Shown in pieces: positions 1 to 10,497 of a stretch of 64,000 bases of DNA. A model generated the notes under the pieces. That model was not told the DNA's origin, did not search any database, and saw nothing but the letters and a program-made list of their open reading frames with translations. The stretch's first letter is position 1, and the number at the start of each line of letters is the position of its first letter. The stretch comes from an uncultured candidate division Zixibacteria bacterium (GTDB lineage: Bacteria; Zixibacteria; MSB-5A5; UBA10806), in assembly GCA_963801605.1 (NCBI GenBank), contig CAWDFP010000007.1, positions 224,001 to 288,000 of the forward strand. Direction: 5' to 3'. The translations under genes and the position numbers were made by a program.

Positions 1-3000
1 TGATCCAGGCGGCTGACGGTGAGAAGGCGACCGTAAGGGTAGCAGATCCTATATTTTTCACTTTAACATCAAACGGGGCCGTCAAGCCAGCCTGTAGCGT
101 ATCGGTGAAACTTGCAGGGGTTTGCTGAATTTGAGGAGTACCCGCGCTGCCGACAGTAAAGCTGACGGGGATATCGATCGAACTTTCATCAGGATCGTTG
201 GAATCAAGATCGAAATGACCGGTGTAAGTTCCTGGAAATAAACCTGTGGCATCAAAAGATACCGCCGCCGATGTATCATTGCCGACGGTAAGATATCCAC
301 TGTGAATAGTGGAATTTAGCCAATTCGCAGGCATATAGAAAGCGATTCCCAGATTGCTATGCAAATAATCAGCATTGTAAACCACCTGCAGGCCGTCCGT
401 TCCCGATGAATTTTCTATTCCTATAGTGCAGGAATTAAGTCCCCTGGTACCACCATCTACGGTGCCATATTCCAAACGAACTCTTCCAGACGGAAAGAGA
501 ATGGCCTCAAAATTCAACTCTCCACCGCCTGAAAAGAATTCAATATTTGTGAAGCTCACGATAAAACGGTTGTTTGACGCATCATAATAATACATCACCG
601 AACCATGCCGTTGAGGACTTAGATCATCCCAAAGCATAGCTATAAAATCGTTCGGTGCATTAGAGCTGGGGATAAGCGTATTTGAATACGATGCAGTTCC
701 CGCCCCGAACGTCAGGATACCGTTTGAGTTTACATAGATTGAGTTGTAGGTGTTTCCATAGAATGGGAAATCTATTCCCATATTAAATGGTCCCATTGAT
801 TGGTCGTCCTCAGTAAAAGTAACGGGAGTACCAACGCTGCCGATATCAACCCATTCATACGCCGGGGCTCCAGGATTATCTGAATCTACCCACAGGTTTC
901 CGAAGACATCCGGGCCACCGTGATTCAGAATAACAGGCGGATAAAGCGGTTCCCTTTCACTTCCGGCCTTTGCTCCAGCCACGTCCATATAACCGATCGG
1001 TTTCGTTACTGATTGAATTATTGGATTGGAGCCGCTGTTATTGTCTAGGATTCTACCGTAATCTGTATATTCGTTTAAAGTAAACGAAAGAAGCCCGCCG
1101 CTGACATTTGAGATAGTTAGGGTATCGTAAATTATCTGACCAACGTCGGCTGACTTAATGAATGACGTAGGATCGTACGAAATATCAGGAGGAACTTGCA
1201 TCCCAACCGCCGTAGTAACCTTGATCGCCCGACCCGCCTGAAGAACCGCGGCCCCAGGATTGTAAAGATTATCATAAGTATACTGAAGACCGTCGCTATT
1301 TGTCAGATTCTGAATTCCCACGGTGCTGAAAAGCCCGGGAGCTTCGCCATAATCCCAACCATCATAATCGTCATTGACTACAGTTTGGTATTGGAATACC
1401 AATTCGCAATCGCCGGTCGGAGTAGGATAATACGTATTATCGTAAATTATCAGTTCGAAAGTCTCGCTCGAGCCTGAGCGCGGGTGTGTGCATCCCTTCC
1501 ACTCAATTATAAGCCGGTGATTGGCCGAGTCATAGTAGCGGAAGACGCCGTTTGGAGCAGTATATTCCAGGTCATCCCAGAATGGCGCAATGATTCCATC
1601 CGGAGCGCTTGGTTCCGGAATTTGACCGTTATCGAATGCGCTCCAATGATGGCCCTGCATATCGTATCTGGTGGTATCGAAAGCAATGAATCCATTGATC
1701 GATACCAGCGCATAATTAAAGGCATGGCCATAGTATTGCAAATTAAAAGGCAAAGAAATGACTTCCGCATCATCGTCCGTACCGAATGGAAAAGTGATTC
1801 GAGTCCCGATTGTGGAAATCTCCTGCCAGTCGTAAATAGGGCATGCCAAATAAGCGCCGTCGGTGTTATCATATAGATAGTAACCGTAAGAATCGGGGCC
1901 AACGGGATCAAATGTATTGACATTCCCTACTACCAATGAGAATGGCCTGGTCGTGACAGAGCCGTTGCTTGATGTCAGCTCAAGATTAAAGCTGATATTG
2001 CGTCCGTTATAGGTGCCCGCTCTGGCTTGAATGCTGAACGGCGATGAGCTATTGGAGCCAGTTGCTCCGATGCCAATATTGCCGAAACTGGCAGTGCCAT
2101 TTACGATGGCGATACTGGTATCGACTGTAGTTAAAATCCCGCTAATAGATGTTCCTGCCAGGCCGCCAAGATTTTGAAGGCTAACCACTAATTGCGAAGT
2201 TTCCCCGGGATCAAGTCTATTATTGGAATTGCCCGGGTAAGTCAATCCTGTTTCCCGAAACATCATATTACTTACATCCACCGGTACGGCGGCCGTCCAG
2301 TTTCCTTGATCGGATGTGATATTTAATTGAAGAACATAACGTTCTCCATGTGAAATATCAGGAGTTAAAAGAGCCGCAAATTTGTTCGACGTAGCTGTGG
2401 CACCCGGATCTATTGAGCCATATGATTGGGTGGGAACGCTGATAAAAATATCCGGGCTTGGGCTTGTCAGGGTTGCTGAGACATTAGTGGCAGTTGTGGC
2501 ATTCCCAAAGTTACGCAGAGTAACATCGAGTTCAATAGTTTCCGATGGATTAGCATTACCATCGGAATTGCCCTGCGAATTTCCCGAATTATCATCGTCT
2601 AATGCAATTGCATTGACGTTAACAGCCACCGGCGAAGCTTGAACTAAAGTTGAGCCAAGATGAGGAATATAATTAACGTCTGTGACTGTCACAAACATTG
2701 TATCAGCGACCGTGGTTGCGAAATTGAGCGTTATATCGCCGTTAGCATCGGTTCTACCGCCGACAAAAACTTCCTCGGTGGTTCTTCCCTTTACCAAATT
2801 GACATAAGCTCCTTTCAACGGGGTCCCGCCTGTGCCCGTTACGTGAACGGTTATTATGCTTGAGCCCACCGGCAATGTAGATGGGTAGGTAACCGTCATT
2901 GTTTTGGGAGTAGTCGTCCTTATATCAAATTCCGGTTCCCCCAAAGTATTGAATGTATGGCAATATCTCTCAACCCAGGATCCGGGGCCATTGGCCCTTG

Positions 3001-4705
3001 GAAAGGTATTATAAAGCTCCATCTTGCCGGCAAAGGCCGCGGTTGCGAAATTATGAATATCCTGTTCGAAAATAGACCAGATATAGCCAAACATGAGTGG
3101 ATTATTGTATTTGGAGTGAGTGCCTGACTCTACTGCGCCATAAAACCCCGGACCGCCCTTCAGTTCGCTTGGCGAGGCTCCGGCCTGAATCCAGACTTCT
3201 CCAAAGCATGCCCCGGATCCACCATAGGCGCCCGTGCCGCATGTAAGAGACGCCAATACCCCGATTTTATTATTGTTAGCCACTGAGGCAAAATCGGAAG
3301 TTAAGTAAACCGGCAATCCAAATCCAGATGGAGACCCCCATCCTCGATAATTTACCAGCGATACGCCGCTGTTAAGGGAGGCGGTAATCTGGCCAGGGCC
3401 GGGGTCACCTCCGGGCTGCCAGCCGAAAGATGTATCAACCCTTGTAAATCCGTGACGCATCATTTGCTCTCGCGCCCAAAGGACATTGAGTCTCGGGCTT
3501 AGAGTCGGAGCCCCTCCGGAATTATAATTTCCGGCGGTACAGAGACCTCTTGTCCAATAGGCGGGATCACCCACGTAGGGAGATTTATCATATATGATAC
3601 TTTTATAAATGGTATTTCTTACAGTAATGTTATCGTTGGCCATTGACATTCTGGTCACCATGACATCCGAAAAATAATCGGAACCATCTACACATGAATA
3701 ATGGTGATCGGACGTATATCCTCCGAAACCATAATCGACGATACCTTCGTTGGTATCGCCTATCAGGCAAACAAATTCTGGAGGAATGGCCCAGGTATTG
3801 TATGCATTCTGAATATAATTGAAAACCGCAGCATTGGAGCCGCCGCCTCCGCCGGGAATATCAGTCGATCGGGTTACTATTACGTTATACCCCTTACGAT
3901 GCTTCCAATTGGCGAGAAGCTGAATAAGTGAATCTGGGAAAGCATTCGGCGTAATGATAAGATAACCGCCTCTGACTGGTTCATAGGACGCCAGCATTTC
4001 ATCGGCGTTGGGTGCAATTGAACGATAGAGTTCCAGGTATGACTCGGAAATATGATTGTCACGCCTGATTTTGATATTACGGTTATCCGTTCCCTCATAC
4101 ACCAGGCGGTAATCGACGCTGGTATAAACTTTAAGCTGTCTGGTAACGGGGTTATATTGAATCGGATTTGCCTCGGCCTGGACCATTCTCAAATCGCGGC
4201 AAATCACCGGCTCGCCAACCTGCACCAGTTCCGACGGATAAAATTCGTTTCTCTGATAAAATCCATTATCCCTGGTGAAGGGAATCGCGTCTTGTGACTC
4301 ACCTTCAATTGGCGATGGCTGCGTAGGATATACGTCGACATTATCAATGATCTGATAGGATGATGATACTATTTCAACTCTGATCCCCGCTTGATCCGGA
4401 ATGGCGACAAACTGAGCAATTACGGGTAGATCGGGAAGGCCGTCCTCGCCGGTTTGCCCGTATTTTTCCGGATTATCGGTAATCGGTGAAATCTCCTGAT
4501 AGGATGTAGTCCCCACAGTTTTTTCCGAAAGATCCACGCCTGCCAGGCGAATCGAAAAGCCCGTTTGAGTAGTTGTTGAAAGCGCTTTTTGAATGGGAAG
4601 CTGTCCCATGTTGGCCTGGTCCAGAACAACCCTTCGATTTGCCTCGGCTCCCATGACCAGCGCCGGCAGTAAAAGCATCATCAACATCCGTGTAACAACA
4701 CGCAT
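1..4705 (-). CDS. Large exported C25 (gingipain-family) cysteine peptidase-like protein with propeptide, Ig-like and NIDO-like modules; 3' end runs off the window (>1,560 aa)
   Basis: Absent from the ORF track, presumably because there is no stop in the window. ATG at 4705 with AAGGAGG RBS, signal peptide MRVVTRMLMMLLLPALVMG, C25 propeptide (GEDGLPDLPVIAQFVAIP; NPIQYNPVTRQLKVY), catalytic-like VSLVNYRGWG and SLTCGTG. Segments translated at ~3116-3350, ~900-1050 and 2-230 are all in the start codon's frame. Confidence 0.9.
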   Translation of the reverse strand, partial: MRVVTRMLMMLLLPALVMGAEANRRVVLDQANMGQLPIQKALSTTTQTGFSIRLAGVDLSEKTVGTTSYQEISPITDNPEKYGQTGEDGLPDLPVIAQFVAIPDQAGIRVEIVSSSYQIIDNVDVYPTQPSPIEGESQDAIPFTRDNGFYQRNEFYPSELVQVGEPVICRDLRMVQAEANPIQYNPVTRQLKVYTSVDYRLVYEGTDNRNIKIRRDNHISESYLELYRSIAPNADEMLASYEPVRGGYLIITPNAFPDSLIQLLANWKHRKGYNVIVTRSTDIPGGGGGSNAAVFNYIQNAYNTWAIPPEFVCLIGDTNEGIVDYGFGGYTSDHHYSCVDGSDYFSDVMVTRMSMANDNITVRNTIYKSIIYDKSPYVGDPAYWTRGLCTAGNYNSGGAPTLSPRLNVLWAREQMMRHGFTRVDTSFGWQPGGDPGPGQITASLNSGVSLVNYRGWGSPSGFGLPVYLTSDFASVANNNKIGVLASLTCGTGAYGGSGACFGEVWIQAGASPSELKGGPGFYGAVESGTHSKYNNPLMFGYIWSIFEQDIHNFATAAFAGKMELYNTFPRANGPGSWVERYCHTFNTLGEPEFDIRTTTPKTMTVTYPSTLPVGSSIITVHVTGTGGTPLKGAYVNLVKGRTTEEVFVGGRTDANGDITLNFATTVADTMFVTVTDVNYIPHLGSTLVQASPVAVNVNAIALDDDNSGNSQGNSDGNANPSETIELDVTLRNFGNATTATNVSATLTSPSPDIFISVPTQSYGSIDPGATATSNKFAALLTPDISHGERYVLQLNITSDQGNWTAAVPVDVSNMMFRETGLTYPGNSNNRLDPGETSQLVVSLQNLGGLAGTSISGILTTVDTSIAIVNGTASFGNIGIGATGSNSSSPFSIQARAGTYNGRNISFNLELTSSNGSVTTRPFSLVVGNVNTFDPVGPDSYGYYLYDNTDGAYLACPIYDWQEISTIGTRITFPFGTDDDAEVISLPFNLQYYGHAFNYALVSINGFIAFDTTRYDMQGHHWSAFDNGQIPEPSAPDGIIAPFWDDLEYTAPNGVFRYYDSANHRLIIEWKGCTHPRSGSSETFELIIYDNTYYPTPTGDCELVFQYQTVVNDDYDGWDYGEAPGLFSTVGIQNLTNSDGLQYTYDNLYNPGAAVLQAGRAIKVTTAVGMQVPPDISYDPTSFIKSADVGQIIYDTLTISNVSGGLLSFTLNEYTDYGRILDNNSGSNPIIQSVTKPIGYMDVAGAKAGSEREPLYPPVILNHGGPDVFGNLWVDSDNPGAPAYEWVDIGSVGTPVTFTEDDQSMGPFNMGIDFPFYGNTYNSIYVNSNGILTFGAGTASYSNTLIPSSNAPNDFIAMLWDDLSPQRHGSVMYYYDASNNRFIVSFTNIEFFSGGGELNFEAILFPSGRVRLEYGTVDGGTRGLNSCTIGIENSSGTDGLQVVYNADYLHSNLGIAFYMPANWLNSTIHSGYLTVGNDTSAAVSFDATGLFPGTYTGHFDLDSNDPDESSIDIPVSFTVGSAGTPQIQQTPASFTDTLQAGLTAPFDVKVKNIGSATLTVAFSPSAAWI

Positions 4706-5114
4706 CTTGCCTCCTTCACGATTTTGATTCAGTTCCAATGGGATTTTATTAATTGCATATGAATAACCTGCGTCAATTGCCGCCTCAAATAATTTATATA
4801 ATTTTGGGAAAATACTTCTCTCAAAGAAGCATCTACATATATGATCTAAAACCCGCCCAACACGCATCGCCTACTACTTTGAATTTTGATCCGCCAACTG
4901 GAAACAATTGATTTATGAATAGGAATAAAACCGATAAGCAGGTAATTTCGCTTATTGCACTATTGTGCAAAGGCAGGCAAATTATCGAGGATTTTAATTT
5001 ATCAGGCTGCGCGTCCAATGATGTCAAGCCATGCTCCGAAAAGTAACCCGAAGACCCAACCAGAAGAATATTTCAACTTAGTATATTACAAATATCATCA
5101 AATACAAACGCCTT

Positions 5115-8093
5115 TTACTGTTCCCCAATCACTTTTTCGTCACTCAATGGATGTAGCAAGAGATCTCCCCCGGGAGGACAATCCGGACAAAAGCGCAGCG
5201 GCTCTCCCCCCTTGAAATAGCTTACCAGAAAAGTAACATCGAGACCGTTCACACTGCAGCTTCCATTGACATCACAAGCTGGCGATATCGCCCCGTTGGG
5301 AGGACAATCCATGGTAAAAGGAGGCGGATCGCCTCCCTTGAAATAATTAACCAAAAATACCACATCCAAGCCGTTAGCCTGGCCGCTGTTATTGACATCT
5401 CCCGAAACATAGGATGTGCCGCGGGAAATATTGAAACTAAAATCTTGCGAACTGCTATCAGCGATAATATCTGTAACCAATACGGTGAAATTTATTACAC
5501 CTGAGTCGCCCGGAATACCCTCAAGTAACCCATCACCGGAGAGCGCTAACCCGCTGCCTGCCAGATCGTTATCCCTATCGATCCAGTGCCTGACCCCGGT
5601 TCCTCCCAAGGCCTGAAGTTGAATTGAATAAGGCCGACCTGCGAATCCGTTGGGAAGCGTCAGCGTCGTTATCGCCAGTATCGGATTGACGGTGAATACG
5701 AAGGGACGCTCATCAGAACCGCCTATTTGATCTTCAACTCGCGCCGTAAATGATATCTGGTTCGCGGCAATTGGAACACCCGAAACAAGCCCGGCGGTGG
5801 AAAGTGTCAGCCCGGTGCCATTAAGACCATCCAGGGGATCGTACCAGATTAGCATACCGCTTCCGCCAATAGCCTCAAGTTGCTGGGAGTAAATATGCCC
5901 AACTGTCCAATCGGGCAGTAAATCGGTCGTAATTTCCAATGACGGCGACGCTGTTGGCGGGAAAACGATATAATCGATCCAGCCGCAATCGCTGCCGCTG
6001 GAGACGCCGCGGTCTTTATAATATCCCCATTTGAAAGTGTGCAGACCGGCGCTGACGCCAAAACTTGCCTGGGTCCAGCCAACCTCACCGGACCACTGGT
6101 TTTGAAGATTATCGTCAATATAAAATTTGAGATAATCGTAATTAAGTTCGGAGGAGACTTTGTAATAAAAAGTGATCGTCCCCGGCGCCGCCACGTTCAT
6201 GGAAATGGAAAGCTCGGATGATTGGTAGTGGGTTATCACTCCCGATCTGGCGCTGTATATCCCCTCATAAGGCAGGCTGGTAGTGGTAATCCAACCGGCA
6301 TTACCGCCCATCTGCCAGGGGAAACTTGTAAAGCCGCCTGACTCAAAATCTTCTACCTGCCGTCCAACTATTACGCTGAAAAAGGCGCTGTCGATATATC
6401 CGCCATTGGCCGTTAGCCCCAAACGGAAATTAATCTGATGATAGGCCGGACAGGAATCGGATATAATAAAATTATATGCCGCCAGCGAAATACCGGCGCC
6501 GGCAGGGGTGATATTCGGATAGCCGGAACTGTCTTGCGCGATAGTAATATAGGAATCTGAACTCGATAAAATCCCGATCGTATTCTGAGCGACGCCTCCG
6601 CCATCATTTCTCAAAGTGATATGCATCGAAACAGTATCACCGGGATCAGGCTCACCGGCGTTATTGGATAAATAGGCTAAATCGGGTGTGGTCGGAATAG
6701 CTTGTAGTTGGACATTCACGTAAGTGGCATGGCGGCTGGTAACGCCGATGCCGCTCACCGTTTGAGTAATATATCCGGGACTGGCAAAGCTGAGATTATA
6801 AGTGCCGTTGGCCAGCATACGATGATAATCGCCAACGTTGGGATCTGTAAATACCCGAGCGCTATCGATATCATGGCCAATAACTGTCACAACTGCCGCT
6901 AATGGATCGCCTGTTGAGGAATCGGTGACAACCCCGCGGATGCCGTAAAGGCTGTTTTCAAGATAATTCAAAAATGATATGCGATTATAATCCCAATGCG
7001 CCGGAAGCTGATTGGCTGGAAGAAGTTTGGTGGCCGATATTTCTATCGTTTCCTCGCGATCTCCCTTGAAGTAGGTCATGTAATCTTGCCGTCCGCCGGT
7101 AACGCGATACCAGGCATATCCATTGGTGATGCCATTATTGAGATCGTCCATATAACCCGATGGGCTATGGGCATGGACGGAATCGGCATAGGCGCGGGAT
7201 ACGTTGATAAACCAGGTATTGTCGGCATGAAGCCTGGACCAGGTATCCCAGGGATAATTGACTACCTCGGCCCCACCGTGAAAATTGGCGGAGATGACGA
7301 AACTATGCGCCGCGGCAAAATTCATCATGGCTATCGTTTCGGGCTGCCAGGCGTTGCCATCGGGATGAGCGCCGGCGGCGGGATCGGGGAAATTACGGTT
7401 GAGATCGACACTGTTGGCGTTATATCTCCAGGCGCCGCTGACAGAGTTATTTCCACCATGATAGGTGCCATCGGGATTAGCCAGAGGATTGATCCAAACC
7501 TCGGTGCTGTCCAGAAGCCGGGTAATCTGCGGATCGGTTCCATAGTTGGTAAGCAGGTAATCGATCAAATGCAGCATTAGAATATAGCCGGTGGTCTCGT
7601 CGCCATGCATGGAGCTGGAATACATCACCTCAGGTTCATTTTCCTGAACGCCGATATTTGTCGATAACTTGGCAAAAAGAAGCTGTCTTCCCTGCACGGT
7701 TGTCCCGATATTTACGATTTGACAGAGATTCGGATAGGTGGTGGCAAATAAATTCATCATATCGAGATAGGCTTGATAGGTTGGATAGGTATCCCAATCG
7801 GTGATGACCCCCTCGACTGTATTTGACATGGGAGGATTAATCAGGCTGCCGGGTGACGGTAGAACCTCATAGCGATATCCTAAAGTGCGAAAATAAGCGA
7901 ACTGCTGATCGGTGGCGTAGGCGTAAACGGTCAGGCCATCGACATTATCTATCGAAATGAGATTGGTCAGCTTATAGACTTCATCATGCGAGCTGATTTG
8001 GAATTTGAAATAATTCTGGCCGGTATCGGCCGATGCGAATGCAGAAAAGATCAGGAGCCATATTACGGCCAGCAACAGAACCTTCGTTTTCAC
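5115..8093 (-). CDS. Exported M14 zinc carboxypeptidase with carboxypeptidase-regulatory-like, Ig-like (He_PIG-type) and C-terminal dockerin-like domains
   Basis: Signal peptide; MHGDE, DLNRNF, NFHGG and EIS M14 motifs; two TTxxLP...Y...L.A.GG Ig repeats; paired GDVNNSG..NGLDV / CDVNGSCSVNGLDV dockerin repeats; GGAGGA RBS before GTG. Confidence 0.92.
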   Translation of the reverse strand: MKTKVLLLAVIWLLIFSAFASADTGQNYFKFQISSHDEVYKLTNLISIDNVDGLTVYAYATDQQFAYFRTLGYRYEVLPSPGSLINPPMSNTVEGVITDWDTYPTYQAYLDMMNLFATTYPNLCQIVNIGTTVQGRQLLFAKLSTNIGVQENEPEVMYSSSMHGDETTGYILMLHLIDYLLTNYGTDPQITRLLDSTEVWINPLANPDGTYHGGNNSVSGAWRYNANSVDLNRNFPDPAAGAHPDGNAWQPETIAMMNFAAAHSFVISANFHGGAEVVNYPWDTWSRLHADNTWFINVSRAYADSVHAHSPSGYMDDLNNGITNGYAWYRVTGGRQDYMTYFKGDREETIEISATKLLPANQLPAHWDYNRISFLNYLENSLYGIRGVVTDSSTGDPLAAVVTVIGHDIDSARVFTDPNVGDYHRMLANGTYNLSFASPGYITQTVSGIGVTSRHATYVNVQLQAIPTTPDLAYLSNNAGEPDPGDTVSMHITLRNDGGGVAQNTIGILSSSDSYITIAQDSSGYPNITPAGAGISLAAYNFIISDSCPAYHQINFRLGLTANGGYIDSAFFSVIVGRQVEDFESGGFTSFPWQMGGNAGWITTTSLPYEGIYSARSGVITHYQSSELSISMNVAAPGTITFYYKVSSELNYDYLKFYIDDNLQNQWSGEVGWTQASFGVSAGLHTFKWGYYKDRGVSSGSDCGWIDYIVFPPTASPSLEITTDLLPDWTVGHIYSQQLEAIGGSGMLIWYDPLDGLNGTGLTLSTAGLVSGVPIAANQISFTARVEDQIGGSDERPFVFTVNPILAITTLTLPNGFAGRPYSIQLQALGGTGVRHWIDRDNDLAGSGLALSGDGLLEGIPGDSGVINFTVLVTDIIADSSSQDFSFNISRGTSYVSGDVNNSGQANGLDVVFLVNYFKGGDPPPFTMDCPPNGAISPACDVNGSCSVNGLDVTFLVSYFKGGEPLRFCPDCPPGGDLLLHPLSDEKVIGEQ

Positions 8094-8246
8094 AAATCCT
8101 CCAGGAAGCGGTCATTAGAAGGTTAACGGCGCCCGCTTTTCACCCTCAAAAGCGGTCGGTAAAAATATATCATATTTGCAGCTATTTACAAGCGGATTTA
8201 TCTATGGTATCGTTGTTGGTTACGATAAGGGCGGTAAAATAAATTG

Positions 8247-9992
8247 TTATAATCTACCTCGCGCTGGCGGGCAGTCCTGGCAGCCCTGGGGAGCCGGTCC
8301 CATACCCTTCAGATAGCTTACGGAGTAGGTGACATCGAGGCCATTGAAAGAGCAAGAACCATTGGCATCGGCCGCGGAGTAGAATCGTCCCCAGACCGGG
8401 CAATTGCATTTAAAGGGAGGCTCGGGGCCAAATCCTTTGAGATAATTCACACTGTAAGATACATCGAGACCATTGAAATCGCGACTGCCGTTGGCATCAC
8501 CGGCCACATAAGGACAGCCAGGCATAAACATGACGCTGTTTGAGACGGTATCGCCGGGAGTAATATCGATATTTGTTAGAGTCGAATCCATGAAACCCGG
8601 ATAAGAAAGGGTCATCGAATAGTTGCCAGGGACTATATCCGAAATAAAATAATAACCATACTGATCAGTAGTATCGCCAATCGAAGTGCCATCGAGACAG
8701 ATAGCGACGCCGGAAATAGCTATCTGGTTTGTATCTATAACTACGCCCATTGCATATCCGGGGAATGTTAAGGTGGCTTCAACGAAAGTAGAACAACTAA
8801 CCTGGTTGCCAAAGCCATCTATTGCAGTTAAGGCGATAATATTAGTGCCCTCATTTGGATTAAAGCAAACCGTGCCTTTATCATAAGCTCCCTGATTTAC
8901 AAAAATTGTATCAAGATCGCCATTGGGATCTGTAGCGCCGAATCCGGTCAAGCAAACGGGCCGAGTATTGATATAGAGAAGAGATGTATCGCCGGGGCAG
9001 GTGACATCGGGAGGAAAATAAGCCAGCAGGTTGATATACTCCGGCCTTCTGCCCGGTTCCATATAGATGAGCTCGTAATCATCGACGGCACGCCAATTCC
9101 CCTGGGTGGAGGTTGGGAAAACCGAGGCTACGGCCGCGTAACCGCTAAGCGAATCATAATATGAATAAAGGGTATTAACGCGGCGAAATGCCCACATATT
9201 GTAGCCGTCGCTGAGGATGAAATTAAGGGATGCGCCGGCGCTATGATCGATCAGATCCACCAAGGCGTACCTCAAACCGAGTGCGTCTGCCAATTGACCT
9301 GTTCGATATTTTTAAGAAGGTATAAAAAGAAAAGCTCGGAGTCTGTTACTCTTGGAGGTGTCAGACGGATCGCATTCCGGCACACCGGAGCCGGTGGGAG
9401 GATTTTGCGAAAGGTACTCCTCCCCTATCAGATCGAGAAGAATTCGCTTGTTGACCGAACCATTATGCACAAAGGTCCAGGTTCGGCCATTTTTGTGACG
9501 CCAGAACGGATGAGGATTGGCAATGCTGTCACATCCGGAGCAACAACAACCCTGCGAGCAGTGCCTGACATGCGCCATCACGATACTGCACGACTCGCTA
9601 TCCAGCGAAAGAACCAGATTATCAAAATCAGGATCATCGGAAGCCCTGATCGGGCTACGGGCCAACAATGGTTCATCCCCCAAATTTCGATATGAGGCGA
9701 CGCCCCAGCCATCCGTATTAAACCATGACGATAGTATTTTCAGCGAATTAGGATAAGTTATTAAATCTTTTATCAGTATACTATCAGGCAAACCGTTCGA
9801 AATAGCTCCCCACAACCGGCAATTATGGTTTGGCTCATCTCCGTCGATACCCGAAATTCCAGTTTCAATTATTTTTGGCGAATCAGCAAAATCCGGAATC
9901 CATACAGTAAACATCACCATCGCAATAGGAACTGCAATTATAGCTGCAATTCTCATGAGTTCTCTTGAAAAATTTTCTTTCATTTTAAACAT
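8247..9992 (-). CDS. Exported class II glutamine amidotransferase-like (Ntn hydrolase, YafJ/EgtC-like) protein fused to a carboxypeptidase-regulatory-like domain and dockerin; split by two compensating indels
   Basis: ORFs 9312..9992 and 8247..9293 share a frame. Motifs CRLWG, NTDGWG, MAHVR, NPHPF, FVHNG, LNFILSDG. The conserved TDSELFFLYLL lies in the +1 frame across ~9345-9295. N-terminal hydrophobic segment; C-terminal GDANGS dockerin pair. Confidence 0.8.
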
Positions 9993-10423
9993 ATTATCGG
10001 ACTTGCTGCTCTATTTCATTAAACGGTGATAATGTGGAATTGAATCGTGCCATCCACAATTCAATATCTCAGGTAATAGAGTATAAATCATTATTAATAT
10101 TCAAGTTACGACACTATCCTGCTATTGGATTAAACAATAGGAAAAATCGTGAATTATTGACATCTATTTTAATCAGGAAAACCAATATAATTTTTTGCGT
10201 TAATACCTCCGTTACGAACGATGGTAGATAAGTTAATCTTACTATAGCAGATAAATAAATATTGTCAAATACAAACTACAAAGTGAATTTGACTTAAAAT
10301 AGAGCTTTAGTATCATAATTAGCTATGGCTTAACGAAATAGGGACGAAATCAATGGAACGGCCAGTGGCATTAATTCTGTTATCAACGTGTGCTTATTTA
10401 CCTTTAAGGACGAAAAATAGGAA

Positions 10424-10451
10424 TTGACAAGTACTTAAAGGCGATTAGCTT
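10424..10451 (+). promoter_or_regulatory. Putative sigma70 promoter for the M1 peptidase
   Basis: TTGACA-16 nt-TAGCTT about 45 nt upstream of the ATG at 10498. Confidence 0.4.
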
Positions 10452-10497
10452 ATGGGTGGCGAGTATTGATATGAATTTACTTAAAGGAAAGGTTAAG

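Noticed and set aside
82..4629. Many short ORFs in the ORF track
   Set aside because: Antisense or off-frame shadows of the large C25 gene; the same applies to most short ORFs overlapping long genes across the window.
9312..9314. Stop-codon readthrough joining the in-frame ORFs 9312..9992 and 8247..9293
   Set aside because: The conserved TDSELFFLYLL motif is in the +1 frame, so compensating indels explain it, not recoding of TAA.
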